DNA of 63,905 nt, the filler included, from Candidatus Aminicenantales bacterium (GTDB lineage Bacteria; Acidobacteriota; Aminicenantia; Aminicenantales; UBA4085), in assembly GCA_049515535.1 (NCBI GenBank). It is 5 parts of 5 records of this genome, joined end to end, with 100 filler letters (N's around TTAATTAATTAA, not from the genome) between each part and the next. Parts side by side here need not be neighbours in the genome. Positions count along the whole stretch, not along the records: positions 1 to 27,786 come from JBEKTZ010000002.1; positions 27,887 to 39,773 come from JBEKTZ010000008.1; 3 more parts are not named here. One strand, written 5' to 3'. The notes under the pieces are model-generated. The model was given only the letters and a program-made list of their open reading frames with translations. It did no database searches and had not been told where the DNA came from. How positions within the stretch are numbered: the stretch's first letter is position 1; each line of letters starts with the position of its first letter. The translations under genes were made by a program, and so were the position numbers. Shown here piece by piece: positions 21,141 to 31,937 of this stretch.

Positions 21141-21359
21141 ATGCCTCTCTATGAATTCATCTGCGACGCCTGCGGACAACGCTTCGAGACGCTTGTCCGG
21201 ATCGGACGGGAAAAGGACGTCGTCTGTGTTTCCTGCGGGAGCCGCGGTATCCGGAAAATCTTCTCCGCGTTCGGCATCGGAGGCGGAGGGAGCCGGCTCA
21301 AATCCTCCTCGGCGGGCTGTTCGACTTGCTCAAGCAAATCCTGCAGCACATGTAAATAA
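21141..21359 (+). CDS. FmdB-family zinc-ribbon protein
   Basis: MPLYEFICDACG...CVSCGS plus C-terminal CSTCSSKSCSTC. Confidence 0.85.
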   Translation: MPLYEFICDACGQRFETLVRIGREKDVVCVSCGSRGIRKIFSAFGIGGGGSRLKSSSAGCSTCSSKSCSTCK

Positions 21360-21362
21360 GTC

Positions 21363-23357
21363 ATGAACATCCGGATCGGCATTGACACCGGCGGCACGTT
21401 CACGGATTTCGTGATCCTGGCCGGAGGCAAGATCCTCACCAAAAAGATCCCCTCGACCCCCGCCGATCCTTCCTGCGCGATCCTCGAGGGTCTGCGCGAA
21501 TTCCTCGTTGGAGGAGCGAATCCAGCGCTCATTCACGGGACAACGGTCGCGACGAACGCCTTGCTTGAACGGAAAGGCGGCCGGATCGGCCTCATCACGA
21601 CCGAAGGCTACGAGGATGTCCTTTTCATCGGGCGCCAGACGAGACGGATGTTGTACGGCCTCAAGGGCGAGCGCCGGAGTCCCATCATCGAGCGGAAATT
21701 CAGCTTCGGACTCGCGGAAAGGACCTCGGCTGACGGACGCGTGGAAAGGGCCCCCCGGGCTGGAGACATCAAGGTCATTCTCGATAAGATCCAGGCTTTG
21801 GGCCTCGAAGCCGTGGCCGTTTCGCTCATCAATTCTTATGCCAATACGGCCAATGAACGGGCCATCATGAAAGAGCTTAAAAAACGAAGGATGCTCGCTT
21901 CCGTGTCCAGCCTCCTTCTTCCAGAGTACCGCGAATACGAACGGACCTCCACGGTCGCCGTCAACGCCTATTTGATGCCGGTCCTCGACCGCTATCTCTC
22001 CGCTCTTGAAAAGAAGCTCGGCGGGGCGGAGTTGCGGATCATGCAATCCAATGAGGGTTACATCTCGGCCTCGAAGGCCAAGGCCGAGCCCATCAGGACC
22101 GCGTTATCCGGTCCTGCGGGCGGCGTCGTCGGATCTTTCTATCTGGCCAAGGCCGCAGGATTCGGCAAGATCATCAGTTTCGATATGGGCGGGACGTCCA
22201 CGGACGTGTCCCTGATCGAGGGCCGCATTCGAAGGACGAGCGAAAGCGCGATCGGCGATTTCCCGGTCCGGTTCCCGATCATCGATATCCATTCGGTGGG
22301 AGCCGGAGGAGGTTCGATCGCCTACGCGGACCAGGGGGGATCTCTTCGCGTCGGACCGCAAAGCGCGGGCGCTGACCCTGGTCCGGCCTGCTACGGCCGC
22401 GGCGAGCTGCCGACCGTCACGGACGCCAACCTCGTTTTGGGCCGCATCGATCCCGATTTCTTTCTCGGCGGAAAAATGAAGCTCCACCCGGAACGAAGCC
22501 TGAAGGCTATAAGCCGGCTCGGCCGAAAAATTTGCAAATCTCCTCTTGAAGCGGCCCAGGGCATCATCGACATCGCCAACGCCAATATGGAAAAGGCCAT
22601 CCGCCTGATCTCCATCGAACGCGGCTTCGATCCGCGGGATTTCGGGCTCTTTTCCTTCGGCGGCGCCGGAGGCATGCACGCAGCCGATATGGCGGCTCAT
22701 CTCCAGATGAAAGCCGTGATCGTTCCGAATAATTCCGGCGTCCTTTCGGCTTTCGGCCTGCTGCTGGCCGACTCCGTGAAGGATTATTCGCGATCCGTAC
22801 TCAAGCCGGTCCGGCGTTTCCGGGCGTCCGAACTGGACGCTCTGTTCAAAAAACTCGAGAGTCGGGGCAGAAGGGACATGGGCGAAGACGGGTTCGCCTC
22901 CGCTTCGATCGTTTTCGAGCGGACACTCGATATGCGCTATGGCGGACAATCTTACGAGATCAATATTCCTTATGCCGGAAAGGCCGGCGCCCCCCTGGAA
23001 ACGGCTTTTCACCGTGAGCACCAAAAACTGTATTCCTATGCCCAGCCCGAAAGTCCAATGGAGATCGTCAATATTCGTCTTAAGGCGCGTGGGATTTCCA
23101 AAAAGTTCCGCTTTCGTAAAATGAACGAAGGACCGGACGTCTCGCCCCGATCGGCCCTCCGAAAGAAACAGAATATTCATTACAAAGGCAAAAAATGGAT
23201 GGGAGCCGTTTACGATCGAGCTCTCCTCGCGCCCGGAGCGCGGCTCAGCGGCCCGGCGCTGGTCATGGACTTCGGCTCGACAACATTCGTTCCGCCCGGA
23301 TATCGTCTCCGCGTGGACGGCCATCTCAACCTCGTCTTGAGGAAGGGCAAGGATTAA
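21363..23357 (+). CDS. Hydantoinase/oxoprolinase subunit A
   Basis: IDTGGTFTD, HGTTVATNALLE, SGPAGG, DMGGTSTD, SAGADPGPACYG. Confidence 0.93.
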   Translation: MNIRIGIDTGGTFTDFVILAGGKILTKKIPSTPADPSCAILEGLREFLVGGANPALIHGTTVATNALLERKGGRIGLITTEGYEDVLFIGRQTRRMLYGLKGERRSPIIERKFSFGLAERTSADGRVERAPRAGDIKVILDKIQALGLEAVAVSLINSYANTANERAIMKELKKRRMLASVSSLLLPEYREYERTSTVAVNAYLMPVLDRYLSALEKKLGGAELRIMQSNEGYISASKAKAEPIRTALSGPAGGVVGSFYLAKAAGFGKIISFDMGGTSTDVSLIEGRIRRTSESAIGDFPVRFPIIDIHSVGAGGGSIAYADQGGSLRVGPQSAGADPGPACYGRGELPTVTDANLVLGRIDPDFFLGGKMKLHPERSLKAISRLGRKICKSPLEAAQGIIDIANANMEKAIRLISIERGFDPRDFGLFSFGGAGGMHAADMAAHLQMKAVIVPNNSGVLSAFGLLLADSVKDYSRSVLKPVRRFRASELDALFKKLESRGRRDMGEDGFASASIVFERTLDMRYGGQSYEINIPYAGKAGAPLETAFHREHQKLYSYAQPESPMEIVNIRLKARGISKKFRFRKMNEGPDVSPRSALRKKQNIHYKGKKWMGAVYDRALLAPGARLSGPALVMDFGSTTFVPPGYRLRVDGHLNLVLRKGKD

Positions 23358-24923
23358 ATGGCGAGATATGATCCCATCGAGCTCGAGCTCTTCAAGAACG
23401 CGTTCGTTTCGATAGCGGAAGAGATGGGCGCCGTCCTCGGTCGGACCGCCCTCTCCCCTAATATCAAAGAGCGGAAGGACTATTCTTGCGCCGTGTTCAA
23501 CAGCCGGGGCGAAACGCTCGCCCAAGGCTCCCATATTCCCGTCCACCTCGGGGCCATGCCGCTATCCGTGCGCGCGGCCATGCGGGCGGTCCGGTTCGAA
23601 GAGGGCGATCTGATCATCCTCAATGACCCTTATCACGGAGGAACCCATCTCCCGGACGTGACCTGCATCGCTCCTGTTTTCTTCGCGAATAAACCGGCCT
23701 TTTTCGTCGCCAATCGCGCCCATCATTCGGATATCGGAGGAATGACGCCCGGAAGCATGCCTCTCGCGACCGAAATTTTCCAGGAGGGCCTGATCCTTCC
23801 TCCGCTCAAGCTGGTGCGCAAGGGAAGGATGAATGAGGATGTCCTGCGCTTGATCCTGGCCAACGTCCGGACTCCCGAAGAGCGCAAAGGCGACCTTCTC
23901 GCCCAAACGGCCGCTTGCGAAAAAGGAAGGAACCGGGTTCGCGAAGCGGTCGAGAAGCACGGCCTGGCTAAAATCCTGCGCTATTCCGCCTTGATTCAAG
24001 ATTATACGGAGAAATACCTGAGGGCGACCATTCGGGACATTCCCGATGGAGACTACGGGTTCGAAGATTTCATGGATGACGACGGCTTCTCGGAAGACCC
24101 GGTCAAAATCCGCGTCACGATCCGCGTCCGCGGAAGCCGGGCCGAGGTCGATTTCCGAGGCTCTTCGCCCCAGGTTAAAGGCGGGATCAACGCCAACGCG
24201 GCGGTCACGCTTTCCGCCGTCCTTTATGTCTTCCGCTCGTTGATCGAAGAGGACATCCCTTTCAACACGGGACTCCTGCGCCCGCTTCGGATCATCGCAC
24301 CTTCTGGCCTGCTCGTGAGCGCTCAATATCCCGCGGCGACGGCCGCCGGGAACGTCGAAACGTCCCAGCGGATCGTGGACGTGCTGCTCGGGGCGCTGGC
24401 CAAAGCCGTGCCCGACAAAATCCCAGCGGCGAGCCAGGGCACCATGAACAACGTCACCATCGGCGGATATGACCCGCGCCGCAAAAAGAATTTTGCCTAT
24501 TATGAGACGATCGGGGGCGGAATGGGAGCGAGCCGGGAGAACGACGGCTTAAGCGGCGTCCATACGCATATGACCAACTCTCTCAATACGCCTCTCGAAG
24601 CCCTCGAAAATTACCTGCCGATCCGCATCCGAAAGTACGCCATCCGCGACGGCTCCGGCGGCCGGGGACGGACGAGGGGCGGCGACGGCCTCATCAGGGA
24701 ATATGAATTTTCGATTCCCGCTCAAGTCACAATCATGTCCGACCGCAGGAAATTCCCGCCCTACGGTCTGAACGGCGGCCGTCCGGGCGCTCGGGGAAAA
24801 AATGTTCTTATCTCGGGAGGAAAATGGACCGTTTTGAAGTCTAAAGCGAATATTCTCGTCAAGCCTGGAGACATTCTGCGTATAGAAACGCCCGGCGGCG
24901 GCGGTTTCGGCCGGCCGCTTTGA
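23358..24923 (+). CDS. Hydantoinase/oxoprolinase subunit B
   Basis: [47 protein letters not shown]. Confidence 0.93.
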   Translation: MARYDPIELELFKNAFVSIAEEMGAVLGRTALSPNIKERKDYSCAVFNSRGETLAQGSHIPVHLGAMPLSVRAAMRAVRFEEGDLIILNDPYHGGTHLPDVTCIAPVFFANKPAFFVANRAHHSDIGGMTPGSMPLATEIFQEGLILPPLKLVRKGRMNEDVLRLILANVRTPEERKGDLLAQTAACEKGRNRVREAVEKHGLAKILRYSALIQDYTEKYLRATIRDIPDGDYGFEDFMDDDGFSEDPVKIRVTIRVRGSRAEVDFRGSSPQVKGGINANAAVTLSAVLYVFRSLIEEDIPFNTGLLRPLRIIAPSGLLVSAQYPAATAAGNVETSQRIVDVLLGALAKAVPDKIPAASQGTMNNVTIGGYDPRRKKNFAYYETIGGGMGASRENDGLSGVHTHMTNSLNTPLEALENYLPIRIRKYAIRDGSGGRGRTRGGDGLIREYEFSIPAQVTIMSDRRKFPPYGLNGGRPGARGKNVLISGGKWTVLKSKANILVKPGDILRIETPGGGGFGRPL

Positions 24924-25015
24924 CAAAAGATATTGGCCGCACGGCCGATATTTTCGCCGATATGAATATTCGAACGGCGCTGCGACACAAATCTATGATT
25001 CAAGAGGGCACCAGG

Positions 25016-26146
25016 ATGAAAAAATATTCTCTCGTTTTTTCCATCGTCGTTCTTTTATGGATGTCATTTCCTTTGGACACGCTCAGAGCTCAAACAGCGA
25101 ATTCCTCAGTCCCGTTCCAGGTTTGCGGCGTTTGGACCCACCCCGGCTTTTTCGGAACGGACGAAAAAGAGGCGACCAAGAAGATCCGAACGACGCTCGA
25201 TGATTATGTCCATTCCGGGATCAATACCGTCATGGTGATGATCAAGGGCACGAACGGCTATGTCTATTATCAAAGCCGGCTGGGGACGAAAGACCCGGCG
25301 TATTCCTGGGATTTCTTCGGCGTCTTTCTCAAGGAAGCGCAGAAACGCAAGATCACGGTCCATCCCTGGTTTTGCGTCTTTCCCGAAGGCGCTGTGGTCG
25401 GGCAAGTCCGGCAACATCCCGAATGGCTCATCCGCTCAGCGGAGAACGAGATGGTCGGCGTCGTCAATCCCGCGCTCCCCGAGGTGCGGGCCTACGAGAT
25501 CGGTTTGATGATCGAACTGGTGAAGAGATATCCCGTGGATTGGGTCCATCTCGATTACATCCGTTTTCCGTCCTCGCCCCGCGAAGTCTATTTCAGCTGG
25601 GACGGCCGGACGCGCTCGCAGTTCAAGGACTATTCGGGCATGGATCCGGCGGACATGAAAGCGCGGGATTCCGGCAATATGATGTGGGACGAATGGATCG
25701 CCTGGAACGGTGAGCGCGTCACCCAATTCGTCAAAGAACTCAAGGACGCCTTGAAGTCCGTCGGGCGTCCGGTGAAAATCTCGGCGGCGGTCTTCCCCGC
25801 CGCGGACAAGGCGAAAGTCCTCATCGGTCAGGACTGGGAGAGTTGGGCGAAACAGGGATTAGTGGACATGCTGTGTCCCATGCTCTACACGAACCAGGCC
25901 GGCCTCTTCGAAAAATATACGCGCGAAGCGGTGGATATCGGGCGGGGAAAATGTTTAGTCTGTCCCGGCATCGGCATCGGCACGTCGCACAATAAAAATA
26001 CGCCCCAAGGCATGCGGGAGCAGATCGGCATTTCCAAAAAACAAGGGGGTGACGGCGTGATTTTCTTTTCGTCGTCCAGCCTGACGGCCGATTTTCTTGA
26101 AAAACTCAACGAGAGCCGTGCTTCGGCTCCCCGCATCAATAAATGA
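25016..26146 (+). CDS. Secreted glycosyl hydrolase-like 10 (GHL10/YddW-like) protein
   Basis: Signal peptide from MKKYS; VHPWF, HPEWL, VNPALPEVR, HLDYIRFP, QDWESW, PMLY. Confidence 0.8.
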   Translation: MKKYSLVFSIVVLLWMSFPLDTLRAQTANSSVPFQVCGVWTHPGFFGTDEKEATKKIRTTLDDYVHSGINTVMVMIKGTNGYVYYQSRLGTKDPAYSWDFFGVFLKEAQKRKITVHPWFCVFPEGAVVGQVRQHPEWLIRSAENEMVGVVNPALPEVRAYEIGLMIELVKRYPVDWVHLDYIRFPSSPREVYFSWDGRTRSQFKDYSGMDPADMKARDSGNMMWDEWIAWNGERVTQFVKELKDALKSVGRPVKISAAVFPAADKAKVLIGQDWESWAKQGLVDMLCPMLYTNQAGLFEKYTREAVDIGRGKCLVCPGIGIGTSHNKNTPQGMREQIGISKKQGGDGVIFFSSSSLTADFLEKLNESRASAPRINK

Positions 26147-26618
26147 CTTTTTTCAGCTTTTTCTTTTCGATGAGAAGCCGGCCCTGGTAAGAGACGTAAT
26201 TGAGGAGGATCAGGACGCGGTCTTGGTCGGAGAGGTCCTTTTTGAAGATGCCGCGCAAGCCTTTGAAGGCCCCTTCGACGACTTCGATTTCGTCGCCCAG
26301 GGAAGGCTCTACGCCGTATTTTGAGAATTCGATGAAACCCTCGACTTCTCTGGCCTTGAGCTCTTGGATGATCTGCTCGTCCATAGGGATCGGACCATCA
26401 TCGTTGCCGATGATCCGCTTCACGCCTCGAGTGTATTTGACCAGCTTGAACTGCTCGGGATAGCTGAAAAGAATGAATTGATAGCTGGGAAAGAATGGCT
26501 TGACGCGGTTTCCGTCGCGATATTTGGGATTATAGATCTTGAGGCCGCCCTCTTGGAACATCCTTTCAACCTGGAATTCCTTCTTCGACTTCACGTTGAG
26601 GACGTACCATTTTTCCAT
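26136..26618 (-). CDS. NusG/RfaH-family transcription antitermination factor (specialised paralogue)
   Basis: NGN domain WYVLNVKSKKE...PFFPSYQF...YTRGV; KOW domain GDEIEVVEGAFKGLRGIF, RVLILL. Confidence 0.85.
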   Translation of the reverse strand: MEKWYVLNVKSKKEFQVERMFQEGGLKIYNPKYRDGNRVKPFFPSYQFILFSYPEQFKLVKYTRGVKRIIGNDDGPIPMDEQIIQELKAREVEGFIEFSKYGVEPSLGDEIEVVEGAFKGLRGIFKKDLSDQDRVLILLNYVSYQGRLLIEKKKLKKVIY

Positions 26619-26622
26619 GGGA

Positions 26623-27465
26623 TCAGGCTTTCTTTTTATCCGCCAGGCCGAAGCGGCTGTAGATGTCCGGCCTCCGGTCGGGCAGGAAATGCCGACGGGC
26701 ATGAGATTGGGAAACAGCCTCGAGATCGCAATCCGCGAAAAGGATATGCTCCCGGTCGCGCGGCGCCCTTGCCATGACCTGACCGGAGGGATCGGTGACG
26801 AACGACTCTCCCGAAAAATGGAGAATCTCTTCCTTTCCCACCCGGTTCACGAGCGCGCCGAAATAGCCGTTCTGCAAGGACGCAATCCGGATCTCTCCTT
26901 CATAAAGACCTTCCCCCCATTCGTCGAGGATGCCGGCCTGGGGAACGACGACGATCTCGGCTCCCTGGATCGCCAACTCCCGCATGTACTCTGGAAAATG
27001 GCGGTCATAGCATATGGCCACTCCGATTTTCCCGATCTTCGTGTCATAGACGAGCCGCGGATTGCTCCCCGGCGCGTAATATCCTTGCTCGTGGAACCCG
27101 GGCCCATCCATGATGTGGACCATGCGCGTCGTTCCGAGCAGCCTTCCGTCGGCGTCGATGAGCGGAGATGAGTCGAAAGTTTTCGCGCCGTCCGACTCGA
27201 AAAGATTCAAAACCGCCACGGTGCCGTAACGCTTGGCCAACCCGGCGAATTCTTCCGTGAGAGGGCCGGGAACGGTCTGAGCGAACGAACGGAAATCAGC
27301 CTGTTCCGTCGAAGGGACCTGCGGCAGAAACGGCAAAAACGCGAGCTCGGCGTAGGCAATGAGCTGGGCGCCCTGGCGGGCCGCTTCGTGAAAAGCGGAT
27401 ACGCCGCGCCTCAAATTATCCTCGAGATCCCGGGACGCGCTCTGCTGGATAAGGGCGATTCTCAT
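26623..27465 (-). CDS. Carbon-nitrogen hydrolase (N-carbamoylputrescine amidase-like)
   Basis: YAEL, VAICYDRHFPE, NRVGKE, FSGESF. The usual catalytic Lys position reads RMVHI. Confidence 0.85.
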   Translation of the reverse strand: MRIALIQQSASRDLEDNLRRGVSAFHEAARQGAQLIAYAELAFLPFLPQVPSTEQADFRSFAQTVPGPLTEEFAGLAKRYGTVAVLNLFESDGAKTFDSSPLIDADGRLLGTTRMVHIMDGPGFHEQGYYAPGSNPRLVYDTKIGKIGVAICYDRHFPEYMRELAIQGAEIVVVPQAGILDEWGEGLYEGEIRIASLQNGYFGALVNRVGKEEILHFSGESFVTDPSGQVMARAPRDREHILFADCDLEAVSQSHARRHFLPDRRPDIYSRFGLADKKKA

Positions 27466-27489
27466 ATTTCGGAATCTTCCTGGGCGTTC

Positions 27490-27786
27490 TTAGATTTTGA
27501 CGGCTTCTTCGACCTTTGCCGGCTTTTTAGGAATCGGCCGGCCCAGGACTTTGCGGCCGTCCTTGGTCACGAGAACATCGTCCTCGATCCGGATCCCGCC
27601 GAAATTCCGATAGGCCTCGAGCTTGTCATAGGCCACGAAGTCCGTGAACTTATTCTCTTTTTTCCACTTATCGATCAGCGCGGGGATGAAATAGATGCCC
27701 GGTTCCACCGTGAGCACGTGGCCGGGCTTGACTTCCTTGGCCATGCGGAGATAGGCCAAGCCGAATTGCTTGCTTCTCTGCACGGT
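27490..27786 (-). CDS. Xaa-Pro aminopeptidase (M24) C-terminus, truncated by contig end
   Basis: TVEPGIYFIP and GGIRIEDDVLVT. Confidence 0.88.
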   Translation of the reverse strand, partial: TVQRSKQFGLAYLRMAKEVKPGHVLTVEPGIYFIPALIDKWKKENKFTDFVAYDKLEAYRNFGGIRIEDDVLVTKDGRKVLGRPIPKKPAKVEEAVKI

Positions 27787-27886
27787 NNNNNNNNNNNNNN
27801 NNNNNNNNNNNNNNNNNNNNNNNNNNNNNNTTAATTAATTAANNNNNNNNNNNNNNNNNNNNNNNNNNNNNNNNNNNNNNNNNNNN
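27787..27886. other. Artificial contig linker
   Basis: N-run around TTAATTAATTAA (stops in all six frames); the same linker occurs four times. Confidence 0.99.
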
Positions 27887-29170
27887 CGTCTTTTCGGCGA
27901 TTCCCGCCGCTTGCTGAGCGGTCCGCTTGAGCGACGCGGCTCCGTCGAGGATTCCGGTTCCGGAATCCTGACGCGCGTCCGTTTCTCCCGGCGCTGAAGC
28001 GATGACGATTCTTGGCGGCAAGTTCGTCTCGTCCAAAGACGTCCCGTCGCACAGGACCATCGATTCATAGATCACGTTCTCCAGCTCCCTGACGTTCCCC
28101 GGCCAGGAATAGCGCCGAAGATGTTCCAGGGCCTTCCCGGAAATGCCCCGGATTTCCTTTTTCAATTCGCCGCCGTATTTTTTGAGAAAATGCTCGCAGA
28201 GCAAATGGATGTCCTCTTTCCGTTCCCTGAGCGGCGGCAGGTGAAGGGGCAGGACGGCGAGCCGGAAATAGAGGTCCTCGCGGAAGCTCCCCTTCCGGAT
28301 TTCCTCGTCCAGCGTCTTGTTCGTGGCGGCGATGACCCGGACGTCCACGGGGATCGTTTTGGTGCCGCCCACCTTGACGATCTCTCGCTCGCCCAAGGCG
28401 CGCAGCAGTTTGACCTGGGCTTCCTGCGAAAGCTCACCGACTTCGTCCAGGAAAATCGTCCCGTGCTGGGCGAGTTCGAATTTTCCGGTCGTCTCCGCCT
28501 TCGCGTCCGTGAAGGCGCCTTTGCTGTGCCCGAAAAACTCGGACTCGACCAGGTCGCGGGGAATCGCCCCGCAATTCACCACGACGAAGGGGCCGTCTTT
28601 ACGAGGGCCCGCGAAGTGGATGGCCCGGGCGACGAGCTCCTTGCCCGTTCCGCTCTCGCCCGTGATCAAGGCCGTGCCGTCCACGCGGGCGATGCGATGC
28701 ATCATCTGAAAGACCGAATTCATCCTGGCGCCGGCGCCGACGATATTGGAAAAGCTGAAGCGCGAGGTCAACTCAGTCTTCAGGACTTCGACTTCGGCCT
28801 CGAGCTTTCTGACCTCGAGCGCCCGCCCGATCATCAGCAGCAGCTCCTCGTTGTCCACGGGCTTCTCCAGGTAGGCATAGGCGCCCAGCTTGGTCGCCTC
28901 CACGGCGCTCTTGATGGTCCCGTAGGCCGTGATGATGAGGATCTGGCACTTCGGGCATTTCCGTTTGATGCCGGACAGCACGTCCAGGCCGGGCCTGTCC
29001 GGCAGATTCATGTCGAGCAGGACGACATCGGGCCCGAAAAATCCGGCTTTCTCCAGCCCTTCGGCCCCGCTCCCCGCGCTCTCCGTGAGATAGCCTTTCT
29101 CGCGGAGGAGGAGAGTGAAAATGTCGCGGATTTTTCTTTCATCGTCGATGATGAGCAGCTTGAATTTCAT
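27887..29170 (-). CDS. Sigma54-dependent response regulator (NtrC/AtoC family), C-terminal HTH cut off by contig end
   Basis: Receiver IIDDE...LLDMNLPD, Walker A GESGTGKE, GAFTDA, FLDEVGE, WPGNVRELEN. Confidence 0.95.
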
Positions 29171-29185
29171 GGCGCGCTTTTTCTT

Positions 29186-30430
29186 TCAATAAAGAGGGAG
29201 GCTGATCAGGACCGTCGTCCCCTGGCCCGGCTTGCTTTTCACTTCAATGTCGCCCTTGTGGGATTTGACGATATTGTAACAGATGGACAAGCCCAGGCCC
29301 GTCCCGCCCTTTTTCGTCGTGAAAAACGGGTCAAAGATCCGGTCCATGGTCTCCTCCAAGATGCCTTCTCCGGTGTCGGCGACGGTGACGACCGCTTTCC
29401 GTCCGTCTTTAAGGAGAGCCTTCACGGTCAACCGTCCGCCGCCAGGCATGGCCTGGAGAGCGTTGAGAAAAACGTTCAGGAACAGCTGTTTGAGCTGGGC
29501 CCGGTCGCCCCGAATGAGAAGCGGCGTCGGCGGGACATCCAGGGAAACGGCGACATTATGCGTTTTGGTCTGAAACGAGACGAGTTCGAGGCTCTCTTCG
29601 ATCGTTTCGCGAAGTTCGTGCCGCTCCCGGACGATCTCCGACGGCCGCGAGAAAGAGAGGAGCGCCGAAACGATCTTGTCGATCCGTTCCGTTTCCTGAA
29701 CGGCGGACTCCAGGAGCTTTCGCGAAGTCTCGTCCTGGCTCTTCGACTCCAGATATTGCAGGGACGAACGGATGGCCGTCAAGGGATTGCGGATTTCGTG
29801 CGCCGCTCCGGCCGCCAGTTCGCCGACGGTCGCCAGCTTGTCGGCCCGGGACATTCGCCGCAACCGCTCGCGCTGCTCTTTAAAGAGGAGCGCGTTCTCC
29901 AGGCCGATGCTGGCCGGCGGAAGAAGCGAAGAGATGAAGGAGATCTCGAGTTTGGTGAACGGCTCGCAGCCCGGCTTCGTGCCGACGAGGAGGATCCCGA
30001 TGAGCCGGTTCATGGAGATCAAGGGGAAAGACATCTCGACGCCGAGCGCTTCGAGGACGTCGGTCTCCTGGCGCACCAAATACTCGAGGACGTCGGACTT
30101 CCGCGACAGGTCCAGATGCGTCTCGTTGACTTTGAGCCATTTCACCAGCCGTGAATTTCTTGCCAGCGAGATCGTTCGGACCTCGTCCTCGGCGGCGTTC
30201 GCCGATGCCGCGCACACGAATCGGCCCGTATCCGCGTCGAAGGTCAGCAGGATGAGCTTGGATTCGGGAATCACCTCCCGGATCTTGCCCAGGAAATTGC
30301 GGGAGATGTGGTCGTAATCTTCGATCAGGTTGACGCTGTCCTCGAACTCCTTAAACGCCCGGAGCGGCAGTTGCTCCCGCTGTTTTTTGCGGCTCAGCGT
30401 CCGCCGGAAAGGAGCGAAGATGCTTTTCAT
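29186..30430 (-). CDS. Sensor histidine kinase (GAF-like + HisKA + HATPase), no obvious TM helix
   Basis: AAHEIRNPL, NALQAM, DTGEGI, FDPFFTTK, GTGLGL. Confidence 0.92.
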   Translation of the reverse strand: MKSIFAPFRRTLSRKKQREQLPLRAFKEFEDSVNLIEDYDHISRNFLGKIREVIPESKLILLTFDADTGRFVCAASANAAEDEVRTISLARNSRLVKWLKVNETHLDLSRKSDVLEYLVRQETDVLEALGVEMSFPLISMNRLIGILLVGTKPGCEPFTKLEISFISSLLPPASIGLENALLFKEQRERLRRMSRADKLATVGELAAGAAHEIRNPLTAIRSSLQYLESKSQDETSRKLLESAVQETERIDKIVSALLSFSRPSEIVRERHELRETIEESLELVSFQTKTHNVAVSLDVPPTPLLIRGDRAQLKQLFLNVFLNALQAMPGGGRLTVKALLKDGRKAVVTVADTGEGILEETMDRIFDPFFTTKKGGTGLGLSICYNIVKSHKGDIEVKSKPGQGTTVLISLPLY

Positions 30431-30536
30431 AGCCGGGGCTCAATCGCTATTATATACCGGGGGATGAGAGCAAACCATCCTTTCCCTCGCTCCGTTTTAG
30501 AGATGAGGCCTTGTGGCCCTTGAGCTTAAAACCTCA

Positions 30537-31934
30537 TTATCGGACGTCATAACGGACGAAGAGGACGAAGCTCAGGAGGAAAGCCAGGCAGGCATACGCG
30601 GCGATGGCGATCAGGAAGGGCATTGCCGGCTTGAGCCGTTCGGAGAAAGACATCGGCTTCTCGATGAACTGGGGAACCGTGGCGAACGCCGCGGGAAGGC
30701 GCGTCGTGGAGACGTCCTCGTTGGGGTTGTACCAGTGCGGGCTCTTGGGATCACCAACGTCGATGGTTTTGAAAAAGGCCAGAAATTGGCCTTGATAGAT
30801 ATGGAAATCGTCCCAGGCCTTGCGATAGCGGGGATAGCCGCCGCCAACCGCCGCTTCCGCAAGGAACTGGAAGAGCATCACGGGCGAAGCGGCCGTCAGG
30901 GAGCGCGTCCGCTCGAACTGCCGGAACATGCTCTGATAGTAGGGATCGCGGATAGACTTCTCGGCGTCCATCCGCTTGCGCTGGAGGTCCGCCCGCAATT
31001 CGTGTTGGGGCAAAAAGGGATTGCCGGAGTTCATCATCCAGCTGCCCGGAGGCGCGGCCTTGCTCAGGTCGTCGAAGACCCGCGTCACCCTGGCCGAGAC
31101 GGATTCCGATTTTTCGATGGGATAGACGGTCTTGGCCAGGAACGCGCTGGAGTTGGGGATGACGACGGCGAAAAGCAGCCAGCACGTGAGGGCCAGGAGC
31201 AGGCTGACGCTGGAACTGCGGGCCGCCACCGAGCAAAAAAGGCCGATCGCCGACAGGACGGCCGCCATCAGGGTAGCGGCGGCCATGAATCCCGCGATCT
31301 CGATAAGGACCGCGGACGTCAGGGGGACCCCGCCCGCCAGGAGGACGATCAGGAGGCTGAGGATGATGCCCGGGACGACGATGGCCAGAAAGGTGAAGAT
31401 GGCGCTCAGGTATTTCCCGAAGAGAAGGGTCCCCCGGGATACGGAATTGGATAGAGCCAGGGCCAACGTTTTATCCTCCTTCTCGCCAGAGATCGCGTCG
31501 AAGGTGAACAGCAGGGCAACGAAGCTCAGGATCATGGCCACGATATAGGACCAGTTCAATTCCTCGAAAGCGTTCAGGAGCGGATTGGTGCTCCCGCTTC
31601 TGTTCAGGAAGGAGAAGACGTTCCAGGCGCTGAAGACGATGCCGTTGGGCAGGTACTTCTCCTTGCCGTCGGTGATGAACGCGTTGTCCCTCGGTCGCAA
31701 GGGATAGGTGCGGCGCGTGACGGCCAGGGAAGTCGCGCTTTGCTCGGCTTGGGTCTTCATTTCGGACCGGAATTGGGTCTCGGCCTGGCGATAATTAGCC
31801 AGGGCGTTGCGGTGGCTTCGGGTGAAGGAAAACGTGCCGGCCACGAAGATGCCCAGGACGAGAACGAGGGAAAGAATGAACCTCAGGCTGTAGAGGTTGT
31901 GCTGGATCTCGCGCTTGAGGATGGTTTTCAGCAT
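30537..31934 (-). CDS. ABC-2-type exporter permease (paralogue 1)
   Basis: TILKREI, DAISGEKEDKTL, LLFGKY, C-terminal RYDVR. Confidence 0.88.
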   Translation of the reverse strand: MLKTILKREIQHNLYSLRFILSLVLVLGIFVAGTFSFTRSHRNALANYRQAETQFRSEMKTQAEQSATSLAVTRRTYPLRPRDNAFITDGKEKYLPNGIVFSAWNVFSFLNRSGSTNPLLNAFEELNWSYIVAMILSFVALLFTFDAISGEKEDKTLALALSNSVSRGTLLFGKYLSAIFTFLAIVVPGIILSLLIVLLAGGVPLTSAVLIEIAGFMAAATLMAAVLSAIGLFCSVAARSSSVSLLLALTCWLLFAVVIPNSSAFLAKTVYPIEKSESVSARVTRVFDDLSKAAPPGSWMMNSGNPFLPQHELRADLQRKRMDAEKSIRDPYYQSMFRQFERTRSLTAASPVMLFQFLAEAAVGGGYPRYRKAWDDFHIYQGQFLAFFKTIDVGDPKSPHWYNPNEDVSTTRLPAAFATVPQFIEKPMSFSERLKPAMPFLIAIAAYACLAFLLSFVLFVRYDVR

Positions 31935-31937
31935 GGC

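Noticed and set aside
24926..24954. Hairpin after hydantoinase B as a terminator
   Set aside because: Plausible stem, but the T-tract is short and part of the stem; too weak to call.
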